64,000 bases of DNA from Candidatus Omnitrophota bacterium (GCA_021735655.1 JAIPGM010000001.1:256001-320000), one strand, 5' to 3'. Shown: positions 37,632 to 48,248, counted from the first letter of the stretch. Notes: generated by a model from the sequence alone, not told the origin. A program made the numbers and translations.

Positions 37632-40076
37632 ATGTTTAATCGTTTTACTGAAAGAGCAAGAAAAGTTTTAGTTTTGGCAAAAGAAGAGGCCCGTCGTTTT
37701 AATCACGATTATATTGGCACTGAGCATATCCTTCTAGGATTGATTCGCGAAGGCGAAGGGGTAGCCTGTGCGGTTTTGCAAAATTTAGGCGTTGATTTAG
37801 AACGTTTACGTATTGAAATTGAAAAGTTGATTTCTACCGGAAGTGTATCCTCGGTGTTGGGAGATATTCCTTTTACCCCTCGCGCTAAAAAGGCTTTAGA
37901 ACTGTCGGCTGAGGAGGCTAGGAATTTAGGTCATAATTATATTGGAACCGAACATATACTTTTAGGTTTACTTCGTGAAGAAGAAGGCATTGCCTCACAG
38001 GTTTTAATTTCTTTAGGGGCGGATTTAAAAAGAATAAAAAATGAGATTTCTGCTCTTTTAGGCGGAGCAACACAAACTCAAAATCAGAATACTAATCAAA
38101 GTTCGTCGAAAACGCCGGCTTTGGATTCTTTTGGTCGTGACTTAACTAAGCTAACTCGTGATGGAAAGCTTGACCCAGTTATCGGAAGAAAAACCCAAAT
38201 TGAAAGAGTGATCCAAATTTTATCCCGAAGAACAAAAAATAACCCGGTGCTTTTAGGTGAAGCCGGAGTTGGTAAGACAGCGATTGTTGAGGGTTTAGCC
38301 CAGGACATTATTAAAGGTGATGTTCCCGAGGTTTTGCGGGGAAAACGAATAATAGTTTTAGACTTGGCTTTAATGATTGCCGGAACCAAGTATCGCGGTC
38401 AGTTTGAGGAAAGAATAAAAGCGGTAATGGAGGAGATAAAGCGTTCTAAAGATGTAATTATCTTTATCGATGAGCTCCATACTTTAGTTGGTGCCGGTGC
38501 CGCCGAAGGAGCGATTGATGCTTCTAATATTTTAAAACCAGCCTTAAGCCGCGGCGAAATCCAATGCATTGGAGCAACTACTCTTGATGAATATAGAAAA
38601 CATATTGAGAAAGATGCTGCTCTTGAGCGGAGATTTCAGTCAATATATGTTGAACCCAATAGCGTTGAGGAAACTATTCAGATTTTAGAAGGTTTGCGTG
38701 ATAAGTACGAAGCTCATCATCGGGTTAAATTTACCGACGAGTCATTATCGGCTGCGGCAAAACTGTCTGATCGTTATGTTTCGGGAAGATTTTTGCCGGA
38801 TAAAGCTATCGATTTAATTGATGAGTCGGGTGCCCGATCAAGATTGAATGTATTAACCGCACCTTCAGAAATAAAGGAACTAGAGGAGAGAATTTCTAAT
38901 ATTATTATTGAAAAAGAAGCGCTTATTAAGCAACAGGATTTCGAAAAGGCTGCTCGTCTTCGTGATGAAGAAAAAACTTTGCGCCTTAAGTTGGAGGTTT
39001 TAAGAAAAGAATGGAGTAAGAAAAGAGATCAGATTACTCCTGAGGTTGGATATGAAGAAATTGCTCGGCTAGTAGCTAGCATTACTGGTGTGCCGATCTA
39101 TCGTTTAGAGGAAAAAGAATCAGAAAAACTTTTAAAGATAGAGCATGATCTACGTGAAAGAGTGGCCGGGCAAGATGAAGCAATTGATGCAATTGCTCGT
39201 TCAGTTAGAAGAGCCAGGGCTGGAATCAAAGAACCGCGTCGGCCGATTGGTTCGTTTTTGTTTATGGGCCCTACCGGGGTAGGCAAGACTTTGCTTGCTC
39301 GGGCTTTAGCTGAATATATGTTTGGTAATGAAGAAGCACTTATCCAATTGGACATGAGTGAATATATGGAAAAATTTAATGTTTCAAGGTTGCTTGGGGC
39401 TCCTCCGGGATATGTTGGTTATGAAGAGGGGGGTCAGCTTACTGAGCGCGTGAGACGTCGGCCCTATTCGGTTGTGCTTTTAGACGAAATTGAAAAAGCT
39501 CATCCTGATGTGTTTAATATACTTTTACAAATTTTAGAAGAAGGAAGATTAACTGATAGTTATGGTCGAAGAGTTGATTTTAGAAATACAATTTTGATTA
39601 TGACTTCTAATGTCGGAGCTGGAATAATCAGAAAGCGGGGCTCTTTGGGGTTTAAAGCAATTAGTGAAGATATAAGCTATGAAGAAATGAAGAATCTTCT
39701 TCTTGAAGAAGTAAAGAAGACCTTTAAGCCGGAATTTTTAAATCGTTTAGATGAGACGGTTGTTTTTAGGCCATTGAATAGAAAAGATTTGGCAAGGATA
39801 GTAGATATCGAAATAGCTTATGTTAATAGTCGAATAGCTGAGCAAGGTTTTGAAGCTATACTAAGCCCTAAAGCTAAGGATTTATTTATTGAAAAAGGGT
39901 TTGATCCGGTTTTTGGCGCAAGACCCTTAAAGAGAGTTATTCAAAGATTCCTTGAGGATCCTTTGGCTGAGGATATTATTAGAGGCAAATTTACCGAAAA
40001 GCTAAAAAAGAAGTCAGAGAGCGATAAAATAAAGATAAAAGTAATTAAAAAAGGGGGAGCTTTAGTATTTGAATGA
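37632..40076 (+). CDS. clpC: ATP-dependent Clp protease ATPase subunit ClpC
   Basis: Two Clp_N repeats, two AAA+ modules (GEAGVGKT, GPTGVGKT), UVR-like linker. Confidence 0.9.
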   Translation: MFNRFTERARKVLVLAKEEARRFNHDYIGTEHILLGLIREGEGVACAVLQNLGVDLERLRIEIEKLISTGSVSSVLGDIPFTPRAKKALELSAEEARNLGHNYIGTEHILLGLLREEEGIASQVLISLGADLKRIKNEISALLGGATQTQNQNTNQSSSKTPALDSFGRDLTKLTRDGKLDPVIGRKTQIERVIQILSRRTKNNPVLLGEAGVGKTAIVEGLAQDIIKGDVPEVLRGKRIIVLDLALMIAGTKYRGQFEERIKAVMEEIKRSKDVIIFIDELHTLVGAGAAEGAIDASNILKPALSRGEIQCIGATTLDEYRKHIEKDAALERRFQSIYVEPNSVEETIQILEGLRDKYEAHHRVKFTDESLSAAAKLSDRYVSGRFLPDKAIDLIDESGARSRLNVLTAPSEIKELEERISNIIIEKEALIKQQDFEKAARLRDEEKTLRLKLEVLRKEWSKKRDQITPEVGYEEIARLVASITGVPIYRLEEKESEKLLKIEHDLRERVAGQDEAIDAIARSVRRARAGIKEPRRPIGSFLFMGPTGVGKTLLARALAEYMFGNEEALIQLDMSEYMEKFNVSRLLGAPPGYVGYEEGGQLTERVRRRPYSVVLLDEIEKAHPDVFNILLQILEEGRLTDSYGRRVDFRNTILIMTSNVGAGIIRKRGSLGFKAISEDISYEEMKNLLLEEVKKTFKPEFLNRLDETVVFRPLNRKDLARIVDIEIAYVNSRIAEQGFEAILSPKAKDLFIEKGFDPVFGARPLKRVIQRFLEDPLAEDIIRGKFTEKLKKKSESDKIKIKVIKKGGALVFE

Positions 40077-40996
40077 AAAATTGCCTTTTTATGCTCCTCT
40101 TTTTTATTATTCTGAGTTTAATCGGAATATCTGCTTTTCCATTTTCAGAAAATTACATCGAATTTAACTTAAACAATAGAGAAATAAAATTAGTAGACTT
40201 TAACCTTGGTGATTATGCTCTAAGTGGAGATTTTTCGCTGGGCAGCTATCAAGATCAAGGTTCTTTGATTTACGAGGTTGAGGGGCGTAACGTTTCTATT
40301 GGTGCTTCGGAGGGGTCGTCTTTGACCTTCGGTGATAAAACAATACCTTGGCTTGCGCTTAAAGCAGTAAAACGGGGTGAGGTTATTTTTATCGAGCAAC
40401 TTTGTTGGCCGCAAGCTTTAATCAAAGGGAGTATTGACTTAGCTAAGTCTAATTTTTCTTTGGATATTAATACCGAGTGGGATGCGGCAAATCAGTTTTT
40501 AGAGGGGCACTTAAAAGTTTCGGCTAAGGCTTGGGGCAGTAGTAGTAATTTTTCACTCAGCGGTTTTTTAACTATTGACCAGGGGACCTATAAGGGTAGG
40601 GAGTTTGCCCATTTACGTTTAGATCTTTTGGGGAAACCACCGGTACTCAATATTACTGATTCAGAGTTTGTTATGACTGATGGTACGGTAGCAACTCTTG
40701 AAGGAGATAAAGTTCTAGATTTAAGAAATCTGTATAGCTATATACCACAAGCCGAATATCGGGCTAAAAAGGCCTTTATTGATGAGTGGCAACTCTTTTC
40801 GGAAGATGAAAGTAGGTTCGGATTAAAGAAAAGTCTTGATGAGAATATAGATGTTTCGGTTGGAACCGACAAACAAGAAGATTCAGCTTCGCCTGACACC
40901 GAGTTGCGTTACAGGATGAAAGATGATAAGTATTTGAAGCTAAAAATGCAAGAAAATAGCACCGTTATTGGTATTGAAAAGCGAAGGGATTTTTGA
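40073..40996 (+). CDS. secreted hypothetical protein
   Basis: Signal-peptide-like N-terminus. 4-nt overlaps with clpC and mlaE. Confidence 0.4.
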   Translation: MKNCLFMLLFFIILSLIGISAFPFSENYIEFNLNNREIKLVDFNLGDYALSGDFSLGSYQDQGSLIYEVEGRNVSIGASEGSSLTFGDKTIPWLALKAVKRGEVIFIEQLCWPQALIKGSIDLAKSNFSLDINTEWDAANQFLEGHLKVSAKAWGSSSNFSLSGFLTIDQGTYKGREFAHLRLDLLGKPPVLNITDSEFVMTDGTVATLEGDKVLDLRNLYSYIPQAEYRAKKAFIDEWQLFSEDESRFGLKKSLDENIDVSVGTDKQEDSASPDTELRYRMKDDKYLKLKMQENSTVIGIEKRRDF

Positions 40997-41760
40997 TGAG
41001 CCTATTGAAATCAGTTGGCCAATTATTTCATTATTTGGGTAGTTTGGGATTTTTCGCTAAAGATACCATTCGTTGGATTTTTATCAAAAAGCGCAGCTTA
41101 AGGGCAATTGGTAGAGAGATTGTCTTTATCGGTATCGATAGCCTGCCTTTGGTCTCGCTTATTTCATTTTTTCTTGGAATAATTATTGCTTTTCAGACTG
41201 CTTATCAATTAAGAGCATTTCGTTCGGAAATTCAGCTGGCAACCTTAGTCGCTCTTTCGATGGTTAGGGAGTTGGGCCCGGTTATCGGAGCATTAATCGT
41301 TGCCGCTAGAAGTGGTGCTTCAATCACTGCCGGGATTGGCTCGATGAAGATAAGTGAGCAAATAGATGCTTTAGAGACTTTCGGGGTGGATCCGATAGAT
41401 TATCTGGTTGTGCCTAAGTTTTTAGCTTTAGCAATTTGCATGCCGATTCTAATTATCTACGCTGATTGTATGGGGATAATCGGCGGTTATCTTGTCGGTA
41501 CAACTAAGTTTGGAATTAGCCTCGGTTTATATTTTAGAATGACTTTTCAAGCTTTAGGCGGCCGAGATATTATGAGCGGCTTGGTTAAGAGTTTTTCCTT
41601 TGGCAGCATTATTGCTTTTGTATCTTGTTATGAAGGATTTCGTCCTTCTTCTTCGATTGACGTATCGCGTTCAGTTACTCATTCGGTAGTGCGTTCGTTT
41701 ATCTTTATTGTTGCTTTTGATTGTGTATTAACGGCACTTTTTTACTTTACTGGAGTATGA
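40993..41760 (+). CDS. mlaE: phospholipid ABC transporter permease MlaE
   Basis: Conserved MlaE segment MVRELGPVIGALIVAARSGASITAGIGSMKISEQIDAL. Confidence 0.85.
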   Translation: MMSLLKSVGQLFHYLGSLGFFAKDTIRWIFIKKRSLRAIGREIVFIGIDSLPLVSLISFFLGIIIAFQTAYQLRAFRSEIQLATLVALSMVRELGPVIGALIVAARSGASITAGIGSMKISEQIDALETFGVDPIDYLVVPKFLALAICMPILIIYADCMGIIGGYLVGTTKFGISLGLYFRMTFQALGGRDIMSGLVKSFSFGSIIAFVSCYEGFRPSSSIDVSRSVTHSVVRSFIFIVAFDCVLTALFYFTGV

Positions 41761-42509
41761 TAAAAATAAGAGGAATAAGCAGGTCGTTTGGCGAAAAACA
41801 GATTCTAAAAGGAATCAACCTTACGGTTAATAAGGGGGAAACTTTCCTTTTGATTGGACGCAGTGGCGCCGGGAAAACTGTCCTTTTAAAGAATATTATC
41901 GGCTTGCTTCGACCGGATCATGGTACAATTTGCATTGATGATGTTGATATTACTCAGTTGAGCAAAAAGAAATTAGAAAAAGTAAGGTTAGAATTTGGTT
42001 TAGTTTTTCAAGGCAGTGCTTTGTTTGATTTTTTAAGTATCGAGGAAAATGTTGGATTTTTTCTTTATCAGCATACAACTTTGAGTAAACGGCAGATAAG
42101 AAAAAAGGTTACCGAAACATTAGCCTTGGTAGGGTTAAAGGGGATAGAAGATTCTTATCCTTATGAATTAAGTGGTGGAATGAGAAAGCGGGTTGCTATA
42201 GCTCGCTCAGTTATTTATAATCCGAAAATTATAATTTATGATGAGCCGACAACCGGAATTGACCCGATCGCTGTTGACAAGATAGTTTCTTTAATTGAAG
42301 ATCTCCATCGGCGCCTCGGGATTACCTCAGTAGTGGTAACGCATGATTTAGAAGTCGGCTTAAGGCTTGCGGATCGATTGGCTTTTCTGCTTGGTGGCAA
42401 GATAATATTTGAGGGCGATAAAGAAGATCTAAAAAATAGTAAAGACGACCGCCTTATTCAATTCTTAAAAGGGTCTTCTGGAGGCCCAATACAGGAAATG
42501 GAGGTATAA
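41757..42509 (+). CDS. mlaF: phospholipid ABC transporter ATP-binding protein MlaF
   Basis: Walker A GRSGAGKT, LSGGMRKRVAIARS. Start at the ATG overlapping the mlaE stop. Confidence 0.8.
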   Translation: MIKIRGISRSFGEKQILKGINLTVNKGETFLLIGRSGAGKTVLLKNIIGLLRPDHGTICIDDVDITQLSKKKLEKVRLEFGLVFQGSALFDFLSIEENVGFFLYQHTTLSKRQIRKKVTETLALVGLKGIEDSYPYELSGGMRKRVAIARSVIYNPKIIIYDEPTTGIDPIAVDKIVSLIEDLHRRLGITSVVVTHDLEVGLRLADRLAFLLGGKIIFEGDKEDLKNSKDDRLIQFLKGSSGGPIQEMEV

Positions 42510-42511
42510 AT

Positions 42512-43228
42512 ATGACTGTAAAAAATCTTTGGGATAGGAAGAAAAATATCGTTTACATTAAAGTGGGGAGTTTTTTCTTAGGAGCGTTGATTATAGTATT
42601 CATTACACTGATTTCCTTGAAAGAGGTAAATATTTTTAAAGGTACCTATGAAGTGACGGTTACCTTTGATTTTGCCGAAGGGTTAGCGAATGCTTCCCCG
42701 GTCCGTTTTTGCGGTGTAGACGTAGGTGAGGTAAGAACGGTAGTAGTTAAGGAGATTGGCGATAAGCCGTTGGTATTTGTTTATGCGAAGATAGAAAAAG
42801 GAGTGAATATTCCTAAAGACTCCTATTTTTTTGTAAATAGTTTAAGCTTGTTCGGTGAAAAGTATCTAGAGATCGATCCGCCGCAAAAGGTAACTGCTTA
42901 TATCCAAGAGGGTGATATTGTTGAAGGAATCTCTCCGGTTCCCTTGTTTGATATTTTTGCCAGTGCTTCCAAAACCATGAATGAGGTAAGAGCTTTTTTA
43001 AGAGAGGGCGAAATTAAACAGTCAGTTGCCAATATAGTTAATAATATTGAAGATGTTACTTTAGAAGTGAAGGGTTTACTTGAAGATATGAAGGACAAAC
43101 AAGGGACCATCGGACGCTTGCTGTATGACGATTCACTTTATCAAACAACCGAGGAGTTTATCGGAGATTTGAAGGCTCATCCTTGGAAGTTATTACATAA
43201 GCCTAAAGATCGCAAAAAAAGAAAATAG
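42512..43228 (+). CDS. mlaD: MCE-domain protein MlaD
   Basis: N-terminal TM followed by an MCE domain. Confidence 0.7.
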   Translation: MTVKNLWDRKKNIVYIKVGSFFLGALIIVFITLISLKEVNIFKGTYEVTVTFDFAEGLANASPVRFCGVDVGEVRTVVVKEIGDKPLVFVYAKIEKGVNIPKDSYFFVNSLSLFGEKYLEIDPPQKVTAYIQEGDIVEGISPVPLFDIFASASKTMNEVRAFLREGEIKQSVANIVNNIEDVTLEVKGLLEDMKDKQGTIGRLLYDDSLYQTTEEFIGDLKAHPWKLLHKPKDRKKRK

Positions 43229-43328
43229 GAAATTTTAGAAGGTAGTTAATTGATTAAAGATGCAGTCTTTATCACGTCGGTTTTAGTATTAACTACTTAC
43301 CAATTACCAATTATTCAATTATATAATC

Positions 43329-44654
43329 ATGTTTAATTGTTCCGGATGCGGGTATCAATCGGTTAAATGGTTGGGCAAATGCCCTACTTGCCAAGGCTGG
43401 GAGACTTTTGTTGAGGAGGTAAAAAAAACCTCCGGTGGCGTTAGAAAGGAGAAGCGTTTACCTCAACTTATCGGTGAAATAGATTCAAAAGAGCTATCGC
43501 GGATCGAAACCGGAATTGGGGAGTTTGATCGAATGCTCGGCGGTGGGCTTGTTCCCGGCGAGGTAGTGCTTATTGGTGGTGAGCCCGGCGTAGGCAAGTC
43601 AACTCTTTTGCTGGAAGTGGCTGCCCGTCTCACCAAAAATGGTAAGACTCTCTATGTTAGTGCTGAAGAGTCAATTGAGCAGCTAACTCTTAGAACTAAA
43701 CGTTTTCAAAGCGATACCAAAAAACTTTATATTCTTGATGAAGACAATGTTGAATATATCTATAAAGCGATTCAGGAGAATGGATTCAAATTTGTGGTAA
43801 TTGATTCGATTCAGGTAGTTTATTATCCGCAACTTGATGGTTCCAAGGGAAGCATCTCTCAGATTAGAGGCTGCACTGATTACCTTACTCAGATAGCCAA
43901 AACCTTGGGAATTGTTATTTTTATGGTTGGCCATGTTACTAAGGATGGTGCAATTGCTGGGCCTAAAGTACTTGAACATATTGTCGATTGTGTTCTTTAT
44001 TTTGAAGGTGAATCACTTTCGAATTATCGTATTTTACGGTCAATGAAGAATAGGTTTGGACCGACTGGGGATTTAGCTGTTTTTGAGATGAAATCAATTG
44101 GGTTAGCGGAGGTTAAGAAGACCACTGATATTTTTCTTCCTCATCGTGAGCAATCATTTCCGGGGAGCTGTGTTGTTTGTGTAATTGAAGGGTTGCGACC
44201 ATTGTTGATTGAGCTTCAATCTTTAGTCAGTCGGGCTTCTTTTGGAGTGGCCCGTCGAAGAAGTCTTGGTTTTGATTTCAACCGGTTTTCACTTTTGGTG
44301 GCGATTATTGAAAAACGCTTAAAATTATCTCTTTCCAGCGAAGATATTTTTTTAAATGTTGCCGGGGGCTTGAGACTTAATGACCCCGCAGCAGATTTTG
44401 GTGCAGTGATGGCAATTATATCTAGCTTTCGGGATAAGAATTTACCTCCCGAGACGCTTTTTATCGGAGAGGTAGGGCTGGCCGGTGAGCTGCGGCGTGT
44501 TTCTAACATAAATTTGCGACTGAAGGAAGCTCAAAGAGCTGATTTTAAATATTGTATAATTCCTGAGCCTAACCTAAAGGAGGTGGATAAAGGTTTTAGT
44601 TCAAGAATTAAAAGTTATGGTTGTCTAAAAGAGGCAGTGAAAGAGGTATTCTGA
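43329..44654 (+). CDS. radA: DNA repair protein RadA
   Basis: C4 zinc finger CSGCGY...CPTC, Walker A GGEPGVGKST, KNRFG motif, Lon-like C-terminus. Confidence 0.9.
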   Translation: MFNCSGCGYQSVKWLGKCPTCQGWETFVEEVKKTSGGVRKEKRLPQLIGEIDSKELSRIETGIGEFDRMLGGGLVPGEVVLIGGEPGVGKSTLLLEVAARLTKNGKTLYVSAEESIEQLTLRTKRFQSDTKKLYILDEDNVEYIYKAIQENGFKFVVIDSIQVVYYPQLDGSKGSISQIRGCTDYLTQIAKTLGIVIFMVGHVTKDGAIAGPKVLEHIVDCVLYFEGESLSNYRILRSMKNRFGPTGDLAVFEMKSIGLAEVKKTTDIFLPHREQSFPGSCVVCVIEGLRPLLIELQSLVSRASFGVARRRSLGFDFNRFSLLVAIIEKRLKLSLSSEDIFLNVAGGLRLNDPAADFGAVMAIISSFRDKNLPPETLFIGEVGLAGELRRVSNINLRLKEAQRADFKYCIIPEPNLKEVDKGFSSRIKSYGCLKEAVKEVF

Positions 44655-44712
44655 GTGAAAAAAGTATTCATTAATCAATTCTGCAAAAAGCAGACATGCT
44701 GAGGAGGTTTTT

Positions 44713-45699
44713 ATGGGTTTATTTTTTTTAAGAATCTTGTTTATTTTAATTTTTATCGGAATGGGTTATGTTCTGGGCGGAACCGATTCAATATTTTTTG
44801 CGGCAATCGGCGCTGCGGTTGGTATCGTTGTCGTTCTCTTTGAGGTGTTTGCCCGGCGAGTTTCCTTAAAAGGCTTATCTAGCGCAGTATTTGGAATAAT
44901 GCTGGGGCTTTTGTTGGCTTGGATATTTTCTGAAACCTTAAACCAATTTTCATCATCTCCAGATTTCCCTTCCCAAGTAGTTAATAATATTAGAATATTT
45001 GTCACTTTCATCTTTGTTTACTTGGGACTCACCTTAGGCCTAAAAGGCAAAGATGACTTCCATTTAATTATTCCTTATATTAAGTTTAAACGTCAAGAGT
45101 TGAAGGAAGAAATTATTGTCATGGATACTAGTGTTATTATTGACGGAAGGATACTAGATCTTGTGAAGACTAGGTTTATCGAAGCTAAGTTTTTAGTTCC
45201 TCGGTTTGTACTTAATGAACTTCATGCTTTGAGTGATTCCACTGATCATATGAAACGCCAAAAGGGGAAGCGGGGTATTGAAATTCTACATTCTTTAAAA
45301 CAAGAGCCAAACATTGACGTTGAAATATATGATAAGCCGGTAGAAGGGGTTAAAAGTGTAGATGAGAAGATTATCCGTTTGGGTCAAGAGCAAGATGCTA
45401 AGGTCATGACCACTGATTATAATTTAAACCGGATAGCTCAGTTGCAGGGCGTAGGTGTTTTAAATATCAATGATTTAGCTAATGCTTTGAAGCCAACTTT
45501 TGTTGCCGGTCAGCGTTTTCAACTCAAGTTGATAAAAGAAGGTAAGGAACAGAGCCAGGCTATAGGTTACCTAGAGGACGGAACTATGGTTGTGGTTGAG
45601 GGTGGTCGACGCTTAATCGGTAAAATTGTAACTATTGAGGTTACTTCGATTTTACAGAGTTCAAGCGGAAGAATTGTGTTTACAAAATTAGCAAAGTAG
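44713..45699 (+). CDS. membrane-anchored PIN/TRAM-domain protein (YacL-like)
   Basis: N-terminal TM helices, PIN-like IVMDTSVIIDGRI, C-terminal TRAM-like barrel. Confidence 0.6.
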   Translation: MGLFFLRILFILIFIGMGYVLGGTDSIFFAAIGAAVGIVVVLFEVFARRVSLKGLSSAVFGIMLGLLLAWIFSETLNQFSSSPDFPSQVVNNIRIFVTFIFVYLGLTLGLKGKDDFHLIIPYIKFKRQELKEEIIVMDTSVIIDGRILDLVKTRFIEAKFLVPRFVLNELHALSDSTDHMKRQKGKRGIEILHSLKQEPNIDVEIYDKPVEGVKSVDEKIIRLGQEQDAKVMTTDYNLNRIAQLQGVGVLNINDLANALKPTFVAGQRFQLKLIKEGKEQSQAIGYLEDGTMVVVEGGRRLIGKIVTIEVTSILQSSSGRIVFTKLAK

Positions 45700-45702
45700 G
45701 TA

Positions 45703-46365
45703 ATGAACCTTGGCGTAGTAATTGTTTCTGCTGGCATTGGCACGCGGCTCGGAAAGCGAGATAAGCCAATTTTAAAGTTAGGCTCGAAGCCTCTTTTTTC
45801 CCATAGCTTAGAAGTTTTTAAAAGTCTAAAACAGGTAAAGCAGATTGTTTTGGTGTTGAGAAAGAGCCATTTTCGTTTAGCTCGAAAGTTTATTCAAGAC
45901 GGCCGAGTGATTTTAGTTGAGGGTGGCGCACGGAGAAGAGATTCAGTATATAACGGTTTGTTGGCTTTAGACGGCGGTATTGATTCGGTTCTTGTCCACG
46001 ACGGAGCCAGGCCGCTGATAAGTAGAGAACTAGTAATTAAGGTAATCAAAGCACTTAAAATTAATCCGGCAGTAATTTTAGGAGTTAAAGCTACTGATAC
46101 CTTGAAGTTGACTAAAGGAAAGATTATCAAAAAGACTGTTAAGCGGGATGATTTTTATTGTGCTCAAACCCCGCAAGGTTTTAGAAAAGATTTAATAGTC
46201 GAGGCTTATAAAAAGTTTAAGTCAAAAGCAATCACCGATAGTGCCCAGGCGGTTGAGCTTTTAGGTAAGCGAGTTAAAATCGTAGAGGGGGATAGATATA
46301 ATATTAAAATAACCTATCCCCAAGATATAGCTTTAGCTGAAGCTATATATAGACTTAAGAGGTGA
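45703..46365 (+). CDS. ispD: 2-C-methyl-D-erythritol 4-phosphate cytidylyltransferase
   Basis: VIVSAGIGTRLG nucleotide-binding loop. About 220 aa. Confidence 0.8.
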   Translation: MNLGVVIVSAGIGTRLGKRDKPILKLGSKPLFSHSLEVFKSLKQVKQIVLVLRKSHFRLARKFIQDGRVILVEGGARRRDSVYNGLLALDGGIDSVLVHDGARPLISRELVIKVIKALKINPAVILGVKATDTLKLTKGKIIKKTVKRDDFYCAQTPQGFRKDLIVEAYKKFKSKAITDSAQAVELLGKRVKIVEGDRYNIKITYPQDIALAEAIYRLKR

Positions 46366-46371
46366 AAGGAT

Positions 46372-46848
46372 ATGAATGGTTATCAAGTTGGTTTGGGGTT
46401 TGATGTTCATAAATTTAGCACAAAGAAGAAAAGCTTAATTCTGGGCGGGATGAAGATTCCGGCTGCCTTTAGTCTTGAAGCAGTTTCTGATGGAGATTTA
46501 ATATTACATGCAGTAAGTGATTCGATACTTGGCGCAGCTGGTTTAGGCGACATCGGTGATTATTTTCCTCCTGAGAGCAAGCAGTCAAAGAATATCGATA
46601 GCATAGATATCACTCGCTTTGTGCTTAAAAAAATCGGCGGCAAATACAAAATTGAGAATGTTGATATTATTATCGTAGCCGATAAACCTCGTCTAGTTAA
46701 GTATAAACAGGCAATTACTAAATCTTTGAGGAAGATCCTAGTAACAGTAAATGTGAACCTAAAGATTAAATCGAAAGAGGGCCAAAACATTCTTGGTACC
46801 AAAAATGGTATGAGCTGTTTAGCTGTAGCTCTTTTGAAGGAAAAATGA
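46372..46848 (+). CDS. ispF: 2-C-methyl-D-erythritol 2,4-cyclodiphosphate synthase
   Basis: GFDVHKF and SDGD..LHA motifs. 158 aa. Confidence 0.85.
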   Translation: MNGYQVGLGFDVHKFSTKKKSLILGGMKIPAAFSLEAVSDGDLILHAVSDSILGAAGLGDIGDYFPPESKQSKNIDSIDITRFVLKKIGGKYKIENVDIIIVADKPRLVKYKQAITKSLRKILVTVNVNLKIKSKEGQNILGTKNGMSCLAVALLKEK

Positions 46849-48248
46849 GTATCAAAATATATAATTCGCTGAGCAGGAAAAAGGAAGAGTTTAAACCTTT
46901 GAGAAAAGGTAAGGTTTCAATGTATGTTTGCGGTCCGACCGTTTATGGCGAGCCGCACATCGGACACGTGCGCAGCGCCTATATATTTGATGTTATTCGA
47001 CGCTATTTTGAATCTAAAAAATACAAAGTTAAATTTGTTAGGAATGTAACCGATATTGACGATAAGATAATTAATAAGGCCAAGGAAGAATTTAAAAATG
47101 AGGATATAAATATCGCAGTTAAGAAGGTTTCAGAAAAGTATCTTAAGGCTTATCATGAATGTATAGATGAATTGGGAATAAAGAAACCTACCCATGAACC
47201 AAAGGCTACTGAATATATCAAGAAGATGATAGCTTTTATACAAAAGTTAATCAAAAAAGGCGTTGCTTATGAGTCAGGAGGAGATGTCTATTTTGATATC
47301 ACCAAGGCTATCGGCTATGGTAAATTATCTAACCAGAGCTTAGAGATGTTGGAGTCAGGATCGAAAAAAGATCAAATCGGGATTAAGCATAACCAGTTAG
47401 ATTTTGCTCTTTGGAAGAAGGCCAAACCTGATGAACGCAGTTGGAATAGTCCTTGGGGACAGGGGCGCCCGGGTTGGCATATTGAATGCTCGGTTATGAG
47501 TTCTGATATTTTAGGCAGTCAGTTTGATATCCATGGCGGAGGAATTGATCTTATTTTTCCTCATCATGAAAATGAAATCGCTCAATCTGAAGGCGCCGGC
47601 GGAAAATTTGCTAGGTATTGGATTCATAATGGTCTTTTGACAATTAATAAAGAGAAGATGGCTAAATCATTAGGCAATTTTATTACTATTAATGAGCTAG
47701 AAGATCGAGGCTACCCTCTAGATGTGCTTAAACTTTTATTTTTGCAAAGTCATTATTCACATCCGGTAGATTTTACTTGGGAAAGAATGGAGGAGTTAAA
47801 GAAAGCTTACGAAAGAATTTTGATATTGGTCGATAAGGCTAAGGGTGTCCAGAGTGGTCTTGGAGAGGAAGGTATGCTTATGTATAAACAGCAGTTTACT
47901 GAAGCGATGGATGATGATTTTAATGCCGCAAAGGCTTTAGCTGTATTATTTGATTTAGTTGCAAGGTGTAATAAACTTTTAGAAAGCGACCAGGAGAATA
48001 AACAATTCATGCTTCGCCGTGGGGTAGAACTAATAAAAGAAATGGGAGGTATTCTTGGGCTTAGCTTTAAACAGGAGATAGCTAAAGGAGTGTCGGTTGA
48101 GGAGATAGATGAGAAGGTTAAACTTAGGTCAGAGTGTAAGCAGAAGAAAAAGTTTGACCAGGCTGATTCAATCAGGAAAGACTTAGAAGCTAAAGGAATC
48201 ATTTTAGAAGACACTAAGGATGGAACAACATGGCGAAGAAAGCTTTAA
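46845..48248 (+). CDS. cysS: cysteine--tRNA ligase
   Basis: HIGH (PHIGHVRS) and KMSKS (KMAKSLGN) motifs. Zn-binding Cys. Confidence 0.9.
   Translation: MSIKIYNSLSRKKEEFKPLRKGKVSMYVCGPTVYGEPHIGHVRSAYIFDVIRRYFESKKYKVKFVRNVTDIDDKIINKAKEEFKNEDINIAVKKVSEKYLKAYHECIDELGIKKPTHEPKATEYIKKMIAFIQKLIKKGVAYESGGDVYFDITKAIGYGKLSNQSLEMLESGSKKDQIGIKHNQLDFALWKKAKPDERSWNSPWGQGRPGWHIECSVMSSDILGSQFDIHGGGIDLIFPHHENEIAQSEGAGGKFARYWIHNGLLTINKEKMAKSLGNFITINELEDRGYPLDVLKLLFLQSHYSHPVDFTWERMEELKKAYERILILVDKAKGVQSGLGEEGMLMYKQQFTEAMDDDFNAAKALAVLFDLVARCNKLLESDQENKQFMLRRGVELIKEMGGILGLSFKQEIAKGVSVEEIDEKVKLRSECKQKKKFDQADSIRKDLEAKGIILEDTKDGTTWRRKL

Noticed and set aside
38096-38389. Minus-strand ORFs of 60-135 aa embedded inside clpC, cysS, the lol permease and others (for example 38096-38389, 39098-39355, 33995-34369, 47807-48214, 44216-44509)
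   Set aside because: They lie entirely antisense within well-supported conserved genes, have no RBS or motifs, and look like typical spurious antisense ORFs.
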